A stretch of 64,000 bases of DNA from an uncultured Planctomycetaceae bacterium (GCA_963785305.1 CAWAUV010000009.1:384001-448000); one strand, 5' to 3'. Shown: positions 13,305 through 24,692, counted from the first letter of the stretch. Notes: generated from the letters alone by a model not told the origin. Numbers and translations: made by a program.

Positions 13305-14500
13305 ATGCGGTACAACGACAGCGCGAAGCCGGTACTGCTCGTCGCGTTGATCGCGATTGCGGTGGGCGCTCCGCTCGGGTGTAGTCAAACACCCGATGAA
13401 GCCGCACAGTTTCTCGCGGCATATGGCAGCAAAGTCACAAAGAACCCAGACGGCACGTGGGATGTACAGGTCAAGGAATTCTTCAATGCCGAAGGACCGG
13501 AATCGCTATTCATGCGGCGGGCCGGCATCCAAGCCCCGATTCGGTCATCTCCGCGCTTAACCAGCTAAAGCATATCCGTAAATTGACGGGCGATGTTCGT
13601 CTCATGAATGCCACGCAGTTTAAACAGTTGACTTGTTTATATGATATTATTGAAATCGATATGAGCAGTGCTGGACTCGACAGTTCCGTGTTACCGCAGC
13701 TTGAAACAATGCGCCATGTCGAAGTCCTCAAAGTTGGACATCCCGCAAACGATCAGTGGCTTAGAGTAATATCGAAACTTAAAAACATCAAATCTCTTTC
13801 GATCAACGGAAAGGACATCACTCCGCATGGCGTTGCCGCGTTGCAAGAACTTATATGCCTCGAAAGCCTTACTATAGGCGCGGATGACCAAACTATCGTT
13901 GGATTGCCTATAATGCCTCAGCTGCGAACGATCGTAATCCGAGGCTGGGTCACGGACAAATGTCTTCCACCGCTCGCACGTCAGCCGGAGTTGCGCACGC
14001 TTGGCCTGATGAACACCAAGGTTCGGCTTGCGCAGAGCGATCTGCTGTCGGGCATTGCGAAACTTGAATCATTAGATCTAAATCAAGTCCACATCGATGA
14101 CTCCGCCATGCCGGCGATCGTAGCATGCCGCGGGCTACAGGATCTTAATTTGCGATCGACAAAAGTAACCGACGCGGCGATCAAGCAACTCCATCGCCTG
14201 CCCGCATTGCGGCGATTGAATCTTGAATGCATTCGTTTGTCCGACACTGGCGAAGCGCTTCACGAACTCGCGAAATGCCCGCTCCTCGAGGAACTGGTAA
14301 TCGATTATTTACGCGACGAGGACCTCAATGAGTTCACTCGGTTTCCGAAACTTCACGTATTAACATACACTAGCAAGCCCGGGACGAAAGTTGCCATCCA
14401 GAAACTCCACGACGATTGCCCGCATTTGGCGATCCACACGGGGCTGAATCTTCAACCGTTCGATCTGCCTCCCAAGGAACCCGATCCCCCGGAACCCTGA
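13305..14500 (+). CDS. Leucine-rich repeat lipoprotein LRR1 (candidate immunity protein), frameshift ~13518
   Basis: Signal peptide with lipobox-like ...AVGAPLGC, then LxxLxL repeats (LQDLNLRSTKVTDAAIKQLHRLPALRRLNL). Starts 24 bp after the hydrolase stop. Confidence 0.8.
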
Positions 14501-14522
14501 TGCTGTCACTTTCGGCGCCGAT

Positions 14523-14798
14523 GGCACGCTCACGGCCGCTCCGACCGGAACGCCAATCAACCCGACGCTTCCGGGCATGTCGAGTACTCGGCCCAGGACC
14601 CGCATTTCCGGTCGGCCACGTTCACGGTGAGCTATGCCGATGGCCGCGAGCTGGACGGGGTGTGGTATTTGAATTTCAATCCCGACGTGATTCGTGTTTT
14701 CGATTCGTCGGGCGCCGAGATCGCGCCCAATCAGCTCTTCGAGGTCTCGGGCGAGACATCGCTCGGGCACGATCAATCCGAACGCCCCGCAAGATCAA
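14523..14798 (+). repeat. Mosaic remnant built from three non-contiguous pieces of the giant gene
   Basis: 14523-14551 matches 10895-10923, 14554-14765 matches 9836-10047, and 14766-14798 matches 11609-11641, each near-identical by eye. Confidence 0.9.
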
Positions 14799-14843
14799 CT
14801 CGCCCAGTGATTGTTTTTTCCAATCGATATTGAAAGGCGTAGT

Positions 14844-16007
14844 ATGTCGTTATCACGTGCGGTTCGTCTAGGCTTGGCTGCTATGCTAACCGTCATAACG
14901 TTGTACTGCTTCAGGCATGTGTTCCGGACGCCGCAAGGAGCACAGGCTTGGCTCAACAAATACGGTGGCATCGTAAAAGAGCGAGCCGATGGCGCCTATG
15001 ATGTGGATTTCCAGGTTGCCTACGTCTGGGATCTCAGCGATCCACAGGCATGGATTTTTATACCCATGGGCTGCCCGACGGCCGGAGACGTGATTTCGGC
15101 GCTCAACGACCTAAGGCGAATACACAAGTTGACTGGCAGCCTGGTTCTCGATGCGAATCAGTTCCGTAAGCTCAACTGCCTCGACGACGTCGTCGAGATT
15201 GATTTGAGTAGCCCATCGCTTGACGCCTCGAACTTCGCGCAGTTGAAACGCATGCAAAGGGTCAAGGTTATTTCTCTCGGAAACTATGCGGATGACAAAT
15301 GGCTGCTCGAACTCGCGAAACATCCGACGCTCGAATCAATCATGATGGTCCTGAAATCGGGCCAAGTTACAGACGAAGGCCTCCATGCGTTGGCGTTGCT
15401 TCCTAATCTCAAAACTCTGAGCTTGGTTACCGACGATCACGTGATCCTTGAGCTACCACCGTTGGCATTTCTGCAAACAATCAAGATCGAAGGATTTGAC
15501 GTAACCGATAAGTGTCTGAAATCATTGACCCGCCATCCAGAATTGGAAAGCGTAGTATTTTACAATACGAACGTTGACCTGACGGAAGCCGGTTCGCTGT
15601 CGAGACTCCCAAAGCTCGAGTCCCTCAATGTGGATCAAACACCCGTCAAAGATTCGGGCATCCCGGAGATCGTGGCATGTTCGGCTCTGGTCGATTTGAA
15701 TCTAAGACTCACGAAGGTCACATCCGACGGAATAAAACAACTGGCTGCGTTGCCACACCTGCGCTATTTGAATGCGACCGTCGAGGGCCCAGGTGGAAGA
15801 AGCGAGATGGTTCGAGCTTTGGCGGCGTGTCCGGCGCTCGAAGAGCTGGAGATCAACGGCTTGACTGTCGGTGATCTTAAAGAATTTAAGCATTTCCCGA
15901 AATTAAAAAAGCTCTCGATCGATGGGTTTCGTTTGACGAGAGCCGCCGTCAACGAGCTCCAGAATGATTGCCCGCAGTTATCAATCCGAACCAAGGGCCG
16001 CTTTTAG
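14844..16007 (+). CDS. Membrane-anchored LRR protein LRR2 (orphan candidate immunity protein)
   Basis: GAAAGG RBS before ATG 14844; N-terminal hydrophobic helix; LRRs. Paralog of LRR1 (DVISALNDLRRIHKLTG vs SVISALNQLKHIRKLTG; both end ...DCPxLxIxT). Confidence 0.85.
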   Translation: MSLSRAVRLGLAAMLTVITLYCFRHVFRTPQGAQAWLNKYGGIVKERADGAYDVDFQVAYVWDLSDPQAWIFIPMGCPTAGDVISALNDLRRIHKLTGSLVLDANQFRKLNCLDDVVEIDLSSPSLDASNFAQLKRMQRVKVISLGNYADDKWLLELAKHPTLESIMMVLKSGQVTDEGLHALALLPNLKTLSLVTDDHVILELPPLAFLQTIKIEGFDVTDKCLKSLTRHPELESVVFYNTNVDLTEAGSLSRLPKLESLNVDQTPVKDSGIPEIVACSALVDLNLRLTKVTSDGIKQLAALPHLRYLNATVEGPGGRSEMVRALAACPALEELEINGLTVGDLKEFKHFPKLKKLSIDGFRLTRAAVNELQNDCPQLSIRTKGRF

Positions 16008-16111
16008 CAACCGGTTCAGATAATGTCGCCCTCAACATTGTGGTGCGAGAATGACCGTCGCTTTTGGAAACTCGCGCCCCACACGAATGATATTGAAGAA
16101 GCGGCAAATAG

Positions 16112-19100
16112 ATGTCGCCGGCGTCGCTCGAGGCCGAGCCGGTGGGCGTCGATCTCACGTTGGCCGGGCTCGACCATATCACGGGCGAAACATCCGGCGC
16201 GATGCTTCCGGTCGACGCGGGTTACGACCAAGGCTTCGTCGACGCCAGCGGCGACCCGGTGGCCGACAATTCGCCCGACGCGCCCGCGAATCTCCAGAAT
16301 ATCGTGCGCCGGAGTTGATCGACGCGGTGATGCAGTTCTACGGCATCGGCAATGAAACGGCCGACTGGACACTCGACTATCCCGACGAGCTGCGCGTGTA
16401 TAATAGCTCCGGCGACTACCTTGCCCCCGGCACGCAAATGCAAGTCGACGACGAGAACCAGGTTCCGCTGATCGTGCAAGTCGTGCAGCCGATCTCCGAG
16501 TCGCAGGTCGATATCACCGCCACCGCCACGGTCGACGACCCGGCGGAGACCGAGGTCTCGGACCAGGCGCCGGTGGCGTCGGCGCAAATTGGTCTTACCA
16601 TGGGAGGGGTCACGCCCGCCCCGGACCAGCGCGTCGGTGAGGTGATTCAACTGAATGACAATTACGATTCCTATCTATCCGGAAATGGCGCCCGCGTGCC
16701 CGACCTCGCCCAGGCTTACCCGCAATTAACGGACCCGCAGTTGGCGCCCGCCACGGTGACAATCACGGGCGCCGCCGGGACGGTCGGCGATTGGTCGATC
16801 GAACAGAGCGGTTCCTACGCCGGCGAAGTGAAGATTTTCGAGGTCACCGGGAATCCCGCAGCCACTTTATTTTCTAGGCTTCGGCGAGGCGGCTCAAAGT
16901 ACTCAGCCGCTTTTGGTGAAGATTCCGGCGTCGGGAACGATATCGATTTCACTGCTTGTCGAAGGCACTCAGACCGGCCAGAATCCCATCAGCCTCACCC
17001 CGGAATTCGAACCACTGCATGGTCCCATCGCGCATGGAGGTTTCACGGACTTGACGGTCGCGACGGTGGGCCTATCGATCAATGGCCTCAGCACGTTGGA
17101 TTCGCAACAAACCGGCGCGTTTCTCGAACAAGATGCCGCTTTCACGAAGACCCCTCCGAATCAGTCCGGCGCGGAGCCGAACTACATGCAACCGAATGTG
17201 TTCGACACCACGGGTTGGAGCCAGGACCTGACGGCCGCGACGTTCAGCGTGTCGAATCTGAATCCCTATGGCTCGCAGGACCCGCTCGGCACGGCGACAT
17301 TTGCTTTCTCATCGTCGCAAATCAGCGTTTGGAACGTGACGAATTGGAACTCCGCGAGCGGGCCTCCTCCGCAAATCGAACCGGGCGAGCAGATATCGGT
17401 TCCCGCCAACGGCGTCGTGAATCTGCTGATCGAGGGCATCGGTCGCTCGACCATGCTGCGCGATGGCTTGATTACAGGAAACTTCACGCCAGCGACCATG
17501 CCGGCGGCGGGCCCGCTGACGAGTGGAAGCGTGTTCACGGTGGTCGATGTCAACGAGGGCGTCGACGGCGATCGCAACGGAACGATCAATTACGCGAGCC
17601 CGAGCGACCAATCGCAGGTGTTTTGGTACAATAGTCCCCAGGGCGTGCTCGAAAACTATGCCCCGATCAACCTGTTCGTCGATCAGATGCTGACCAATTC
17701 CGCCAACGCCCAGAACTCGACCGTCAAAGTGACTTACGCGCTCGAAGGCACGAATGGACTGAGTATCGCGTTAAACAATCGCGTATCCGGCGTCAACGGA
17801 CAGAACAACGTCGAAGCGTACTTGCAGGATCCAAGTACCTACTCGCAGGAATTGTACCAAGTCACGGGCAACTATTATGACGCTGAGCGAGCAGGCATTA
17901 CAATAACGAAGCAGTCGCAGATGGCGACATACCGGCTTGGATCGCTTCCGTCCTCCGCGTTTCCGCCCGTGTCAATCATGGCGATCAACAGCGACAACCT
18001 AGGCGACTATCAGTTCGTCTATACCGTTTTCGGAATCACGGCCTCCAGCTACACATTGACGTTCGCCGTGAATGTGACAGTGGGCTCGACGACATTCCAT
18101 CTAACCAAGCAAATCACGCTCAAGATGTATCCGATCTCGAGCTTTTACGACACCTTCGCCGCCGCCGACAGCAACGGCAACCCCGTCTCGTGGCCGACTT
18201 CGGATAATTTACATTCGCCTTATCCCAACGTCGCCCTGGTGAGTGCTTCCGCGGTCGCAAGCCTGCCTGGCTTCGATTCCTCGCAGTACGTGCTGTTCGT
18301 GCATGGCATCAACAGCAACGGCCAAAGTAATGCACAGATCGCCTATATGCGTCTATATTGGCAAGGCTACACCGGGCGGATGGGAACATTCGATTATCCC
18401 ACCGATCCGGCGTTGATACCCGTGAGCGTGAACGGCGCGTTGGTATATAAATCGCCAACCTTCAATGTGCAAACCTACGACGCGCTGAATTCCGCTCAAG
18501 CCCTCGAGACGCTGCTGATCGATCTGCAGAATGGCACTTTCGCCGGCATCGGCATCGGCGAAGCCTTTTCCGGGCATGTGAATGTCATTGCCCATAGCCA
18601 AGGAAACCTTGTCGTGGTCGAGGCGCTGCGGCTCTGGCGAGCCGGCGGCAACGGTGGCAAGCTCATTGGCGCGTATTATTCGATCGACGCCGCCTACTCG
18701 GCCGACACCTTCGGGCAAGGACAGCTACCTTACTCGAAATACAATTGGCAAAACCTCTACGATCACTGGGGTGACGGCAGTCCCGATTCGTCGTCGTATT
18801 TCGACAAGGCATTGATAGTCGATACGACAGGATACTCTCTTAATCTATTCAATCCAGACGATTACGCGCTAGTAAAAGCATACTACTACAATAACAAGTA
18901 TAAAAAAGGCCCGTGGAACCAGGCGGGAGCCGTAAGTTTGTACCCATTGCATTCGAGTTGGCCTTACATTTACGTGTATGCCTACAACGGAACTTACATT
19001 CGGCGCAATTGGACAACGACGGATTCACCAATGTTCCCGATCGTGCCGGCAGGCATTTCGGTAACATTGAGCCCAAACTCGGATGGATACGAAATATTTT

Positions 19101-19277
19101 CGTTCATCGCGCAGAGCCAAGGATCGGCCGTCGGTCAGAAAGCGATGCCCGGAGTGTTCAGCGGACAATTCGACCTACAAACATTCTGGCGCAACAGACA
19201 ATCACGATTATCCATTGGAAGGGTCGATCGCGGCGACATTCGAGATTTGGAAGACGATTTATTCGCGGCTCCAATAG
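16112..19277 (+). CDS. Orphan toxin cassette 1: pre-toxin repeats plus alternative alpha/beta-hydrolase (frameshifts ~16305, ~16880, ~19180)
   Basis: 16119-~16580 is near-identical to 10150-~10615 of the giant gene and then diverges. Motifs VDGDRNGTI, FVHGIN, RLYWQGYTGR, AHSQGN, NPDDYAL. The true C-terminus NHDYPLEGSIAATFEIWKTIYSRLQ* lies in the frame ending at 19277. Confidence 0.8.
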
Positions 19278-19339
19278 CCGAACAGCGACCGCCGGTCATG
19301 GAGCCGCGATTCTGGGATATGAAGTGCGGGGATGATAAA

Positions 19340-20656
19340 ATGCTGTGTATTTTAGGCAAGGCGCGGGCGCTATTTCTTGCCCTTTCGCTGGAATTGAAAA
19401 TAGTCTCGGTCGTTGCGCTCGCCGGAGTTGTCGCTTGGCTCATTCTGTCCGGCCCCCCCGATGAGCGAGTCCGATGCCGTGAGCACGCTGGAAACTTTTC
19501 CGGGAAGCCGCGTGACGAAAGACGCTGACGGCACGCACGTTTATTTGGACTACGGCATTCGTAATTGGGGGTTAACTGGTCTCTTGCACGGGATTCCGAG
19601 CATAAGCCGGATGATCCATGCGCTTAATTCGCTTGAACACTTGAAAACACTTGACGGCAGCCTTGCGATGAACGACTCCGATTTCGCATCGTTCACGAAT
19701 GATCGCGAATTGACGCGTTTTTGGATCCGTACGAGCCTTAGCGACAAAAGTGCGCCAAAGATTGCCGCAATGCCCCGTCTGGAGGAGTTCGGCAGTGATA
19801 ACTATAGATCGGTTTCAGACCGTACGCTCGAAGCGCTCGGAGCCGCGAAGAACCTCCGATCTCTGCGAATCGTATGGAAAAATCCGGAAAATACTTCGCA
19901 ACTGGCGCTGGACGCAATTAGATCATTGCCCAAGCTCGAGCTTCTCGACATCAGTCAACAAGATGCTCTTACCGATGATGTTATCCGGGGACTGATGCCA
20001 TTGCATTCACTGCGTGAGCTTAACATCGTACAAACATCGCACGGGTTCGATTCTCGTTTGAATCGCCGATTTGGGCTGAGCGACAAAAGTCTTGAGTATA
20101 TCAGTGAATGTCCGCAGCTCGAAATCCTCGACATTGGCGAAAATGAAGGGTTCACGGACGCGGGCATGGCCGCGATATCGAAGATATCGCGATTGCGGTC
20201 GCTGATCGTGCGCACCACGAAAATCGGCGACGTAGGTATAAAGCACATCGTACAATGTCGTTCTCTCGAAGTGCTTAATCTAGAGTACACGAAGATTACT
20301 GACGAAGGCGTACGCATGCTCGAGCAACTGCCGCGCTTAACGTCTCTTAATCTTTGCAAAGAAGATCGAATTACGTCGGAGTCGATTCAATTCATCTCAA
20401 CCATAAGCACGCTGGAAAAGCTCAATTTCGTTGCGAATCGTATCGATGATGGCGGACTGCGCCAGTTGTGCGAACTTCCGAATCTTCGCGAACTATCGAT
20501 CTCTTCATACCGGGCGTCGGCCGAAGCGCAGAATGAAGTACGCGGGCGCATCCCAATTTGAAATTGTTGATTGGTCGTGGATGCGGCATCCGTTACCCCC
20601 CGGGCTGGAACGGAATGCGAGACCGCGATATCTATGGCAACAAACCATTCGATTAG
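19340..20656 (+). CDS. Membrane-anchored LRR protein LRR3 (candidate immunity protein), frameshifts ~19455 (poly-C) and ~20545
   Basis: N-terminus MLCILGKARALFLALSLELKIVSVVALAGVVAWL, LRR core in ORF 19413-20561, and hand-translated tail AHPNLKLLIGRGCGIRYPPGWNGMRDRDIYGNKPFD* homologous to the LRR4 tail. Confidence 0.8.
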
Positions 20657-20662
20657 CAAACA

Positions 20663-21702
20663 CTTCCGCAGTCGCCAGCCTGCCGGGTTTTGACTCACCG
20701 CAGTATGTGTTATTCGTCCATGGCATCGACAGCGATGGTCAAAGTAATGCACAGATCGCCTATATGCGTCTATATTGGCAAGGCTACACCGGGCGGATGG
20801 GAACATTCGATTATCCCACCGATCCGGCGTTGATACCCGTGAGCGTGAACGGCGCGTTGGTATATAAATCGCCAACCTTCAATGTGCAAACCAACGACGC
20901 GCTGAATTCCGCGCAAGCCTTGGAGACGCTGCTGATCGACTTGCAGAACGGGACATTCGCCGGCATCGGCATCGGCGAAGCCTTTTCCGGACACGTGAAC
21001 GTCATTGCCCATAGCCAAGGAAACCTTGTCGTGGTCGAGGCCCTGCGACTCTGGCAAGCCGCCGGAAACGGCGGAAAACTCATTGGCGCGTATTATTCGA
21101 TCGACGCCGCCTACTCGGCCGACACCTTCGGGCAAGGACAGCTACCTTACTCGAAATACAATTGGCAAAACCTCTACGATCACTGGGGTGACGGCAGTCC
21201 CGATTCGTCGTCGTATTTCGACAAGGCATTGATAATCGATACGACAGGATACTCTCTTAATCTATTCAATCCGGACGATTACGCACTAGTAAAAGCATAC
21301 TACTACAATAACAAGTACAAAAAAGGCCCGTGGAACCAGGCGGGAGCCGTAAGTTTGTACCCATTGCACTCGAGTTGGCCTTATATTTACGTCTACGGCA
21401 ACAACGGAACTTACATTCGGCGTAATTGGACGACGACGGATTCACCGATGTTCCCGATCGTGCCGACCGGCATATCGGTAACATTGAGCCCAACCACGGA
21501 TGGATACGAAATATTTTCGTTCATTGCGCAAAGCCAAGGACCAGCAATCGGGCAACAAGATATGGGCAACGTTATTTTCAGTAATAATATCGATTTACAA
21601 AAAGACTATGGCGCGACGAAGTGGAATCATGACTATCCGCTGGAAGGCACCATTGCCGCGACGTTCGGGATATGGAAAACGATTTATTCGAAGCTGCAAT
21701 AG
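20663..21702 (+). pseudogene. Orphan toxin cassette 2: start-less alpha/beta-hydrolase domain only
   Basis: Homology to cassette 1 (from ~18246, SAVASLPGFDS) begins about 7 bp after the LRR3 stop, with no ATG or RBS. Near-identical until ~21540, then a divergent tail. Confidence 0.8.
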
Positions 21703-21754
21703 CATGACGGCGGGTGTTGATAGGGATATCGACTTTTGAAAAACGAGGGCATCG

Positions 21755-23063
21755 ATGTTGCGATACAAGCGCAAGGCGAGGGAAATGTTTTTGCGCCTTT
21801 CATTGGAGCAAAAAACGATTTTGGTCGTGGCGCTCGTCGGAGTCGTGGCTTGGCTCGTCTGGCCGGCGAAATCCCCGATGAGTCATGCCGAGGCCATGCG
21901 CACGTTGGAAACGTTTCCGGGAAGCCATGTGACGAAAGACGACGACGGCACGCACGTTCAGTTGATCCATGGTATTCGGAATTGGGGGTTAACTGGTGTC
22001 TTGCATGGGATTCCGAGCATGAGCCGGATGATCCATGCGCTCAATTCGCTCGAACATTCTGAAGACACTCGACGGCCACTTTGCGATGAACGACTCCGAT
22101 TTCAAGTCGTTCACGAATGATCGCGAGTTGACGCGTTATTGGATACACGGCGATTTGACCGACGCGAGCACGCCGAAGCTTGCGTCGATACCGTGCCTCG
22201 AGGAACTACGAATAGACAATCACGAGCTCAATTCGGAGAAAACGCTTCTATCGCTCGGGGCGGCCATGAAACTGCGTTCTTTATGGATCGCTTGGAAAAA
22301 CCCCGGCAAGACCTCTCAAGATGCGCTGGACGCGATTAAATCACTGCCCAAGCTCGAGCTTCTAGACATCAGTCAACAGCATACGATAACCGATGACGTT
22401 ATCCGGCGACTGATGCCATTACATGCGTTACGCGAGCTGAATATTAATCATACTTCCAACGGTTTTGTACGCGGAGAGGGGTTGTACGACACCGCTCTCG
22501 AATACATTGGCGACTGTCCGAATTTAGAAGTTTTGGACATTAGCGGATGCGAGGGTTTTACCGGCAAGGGAATGGCGGCGCTTTCCAAGGTTCCTCGATT
22601 GCGATCGCTAATCGCGCGCACCACGAAAATCGGCGATGAAGGCATAAGACACATCGTACAATGCCGCTCCCTCGAAGTACTCGACCTCGACTATGCAAAT
22701 ATTACCGACGAAGGATTGAAGGAGCTTCAAAAACTTCCGAAGCTAAAGTATCTCCGGATCGATGAGCGACAACCGCTTACTCCGCGGTCGATCGAGCTTC
22801 TTTGCTCGATCACATCTCTCGTAAAACTCGATATCGTTGGATACAGGATCGACGACGCTGCTGTTGTTCGATTAAGCAATCTGCCTCATCTTCGTGAATT
22901 GTATATAGGTCGTAATTATATTAGCAATGATACAGAACGACAAGTATGCGCAGCTCACCCGAACTTGAAACTATCAACACGAGATATATTGTCGTTGCAC
23001 TACCCTCCCGGCTGGACCGGAATGCGAGAGCCCGATAGCTACGGCAACAAACCCACCGATTAG
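21755..23063 (+). CDS. Membrane-anchored LRR protein LRR4 (candidate immunity protein), frameshift ~22058
   Basis: ORFs 21755-22120 and 22035-23063 join. TM helix ILVVALVGVVAWLVW; close paralog of LRR3 (GIRNWGLTGxLHGIPS, RTTKIGDxGIxHIVQCRSLEVL). Confidence 0.85.
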
Positions 23064-23374
23064 CAACCGCGACCGATGTTCCCGCTGTCTTGGTTCACCG
23101 TGAACTGGAATTGGCGGTGCCGGGGATTAGCGAGTTGTGAAGGGCGTCCTGCCGGGGATTTCGCGGCATCGTGCCGCGAAGGTTTATCGCATTGGCGCCA
23201 ATCCCGAATATCGGGCCGGCGCTCCCGGAACGTCGAGCGGAGCGAGACGGCGATGGCCGGAGCCAGTCGCCGTCCGCCCTTCGGTCTTGGCCGCTGGGTC
23301 TGCGCTCGGGTTGCCCCTCGGCAGAGCCCTATCCTCCGCCCAGTTCAATCATCAATTTAGCGCCGCCGATCGTT

Positions 23375-24390
23375 TCAGGCAACCTTGGGCGCGGCGTTGG
23401 CGGCGGCACGCGCCGCGCGTCGTCGCTCGCGGGCCGCTTCCAGCTTCGCGTCACGCTCGTCGAATATCCGCTGCTCGATACCGTTCAACTTGTCGCTCGG
23501 CGTGACGTAGCCGATCGTGCTGTGCAAGCGCTCGTGGTTGTAGTGCTCCACGAACTTCGTGATCCGGCTTCGCGCGTCCTCGACATCCGCGGGACAAGCC
23601 GGACGAATGCACTCGACCTTGAGGCTCTTGTGCCAGCGCTCCAACTTGCCGTTGCTTTGCGGATAAAACGGACTCGTTCGCACATGCGTCATGCCGGCCA
23701 GGCGAATGAACTCCTTGAAATCGCGGGCGATGAACTGCGGGCCGTTGTCGCTGATGATCCGCGGCTTTTCGTCCGGAAACTTTTCTCGCGCGCGTTGAAT
23801 CACCGTTTCCACTTCGAACTCCTTCATGCTCTCGCGCAGCTCCCAATGCACGATGTAGCGGCTGTAGCCGTCCAGAATCGTGCGGAGAAAGTAAAACGTG
23901 CCGGCCAGATTGATGTACGAAATATCGACATGCCAGTGGTCGTGCGGCCGCGGCGGCTGCACGAAACCGGTTCCTTTCTTGGACGGCGAGAACTTGCGTT
24001 GGTCGAGCCGTCCGCCTTGTTTCAATACCCGATACACGCTGCTGGGACTGACCGCCACCACGTCGAGAGTCGAGCATCATGAACGCCAAGCGGCGGTAGC
24101 CGTTCAGCGGATGGCTGTCGTGGTAGGCGAGGATGGCTTGCTTCTCCCAGTCCTCGAGTTCTCGATTCCCCGGGCCACCAGTCGCGCGGGACCTTGCCGT
24201 TGTGCTCGTTGGCCTTGCCGTAGCGGTCCTTCCACTGGTGGAACTTGCTCGGCGCCAATTCCAGCCAGCCCAGCAGCCGCTGGGCCGGCAGCTCGGCACG
24301 CTCGGTCCAACGCCCGATGTAATCGACGATGGCGTCGCGCGTGTCGTGGGGAACCCAAACTCCCTTCAGAGTTCCCCAAGCTCTTTTTTT
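23375..24390 (-). CDS. IS3 transposase OrfB (integrase core), extra apparent frameshifts ~24170 and ~24065
   Basis: WHVDISYI, ISDNGPQF, PQSNGKLERW, YNHERLHSTIGYVTP. Confidence 0.85.
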
Positions 24391-24692
24391 GCGCGGACAT
24401 TCTCCTCCATCAGTTCGGCGATGACTTCGTTCTTGGTGACCAGCTTCGATTCGAGCTGGGCGATCTTCTGGTCCTTGGCCGCTTCCAGCCGCGGCGGCCG
24501 CCCGCCCGCCCACCGCCCGACCGCCTTCTCGGCCTGATCGAGCACCTGCTTGACCCAGAGATGGATCAGGCTGGGCTGAACCTTGAATTCATCGGCCAAA
24601 TCCGACACCGGCGTTTTGCCGCTCAAATGCCGCCGCACGACCTGGGCCTTCTGCTCGGCGGAAAAATGCCGCCGTGTTCGCAATTCGCTCAT
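24366..24692 (-). CDS. IS3 transposase OrfA
   Basis: RRHFSAEQKAQVV...VSDLADEFKVQPSLIHLW HTH_Tnp_1-like pattern. Confidence 0.85.
   Translation of the reverse strand: MSELRTRRHFSAEQKAQVVRRHLSGKTPVSDLADEFKVQPSLIHLWVKQVLDQAEKAVGRWAGGRPPRLEAAKDQKIAQLESKLVTKNEVIAELMEENVRAKKELGEL

Noticed and set aside
18246..21702. Diversity-generating retroelement (template/variable repeat pair)
   Set aside because: No reverse transcriptase in the window, the repeat is ~900 bp, and the differences are largely third-position changes not confined to adenines.
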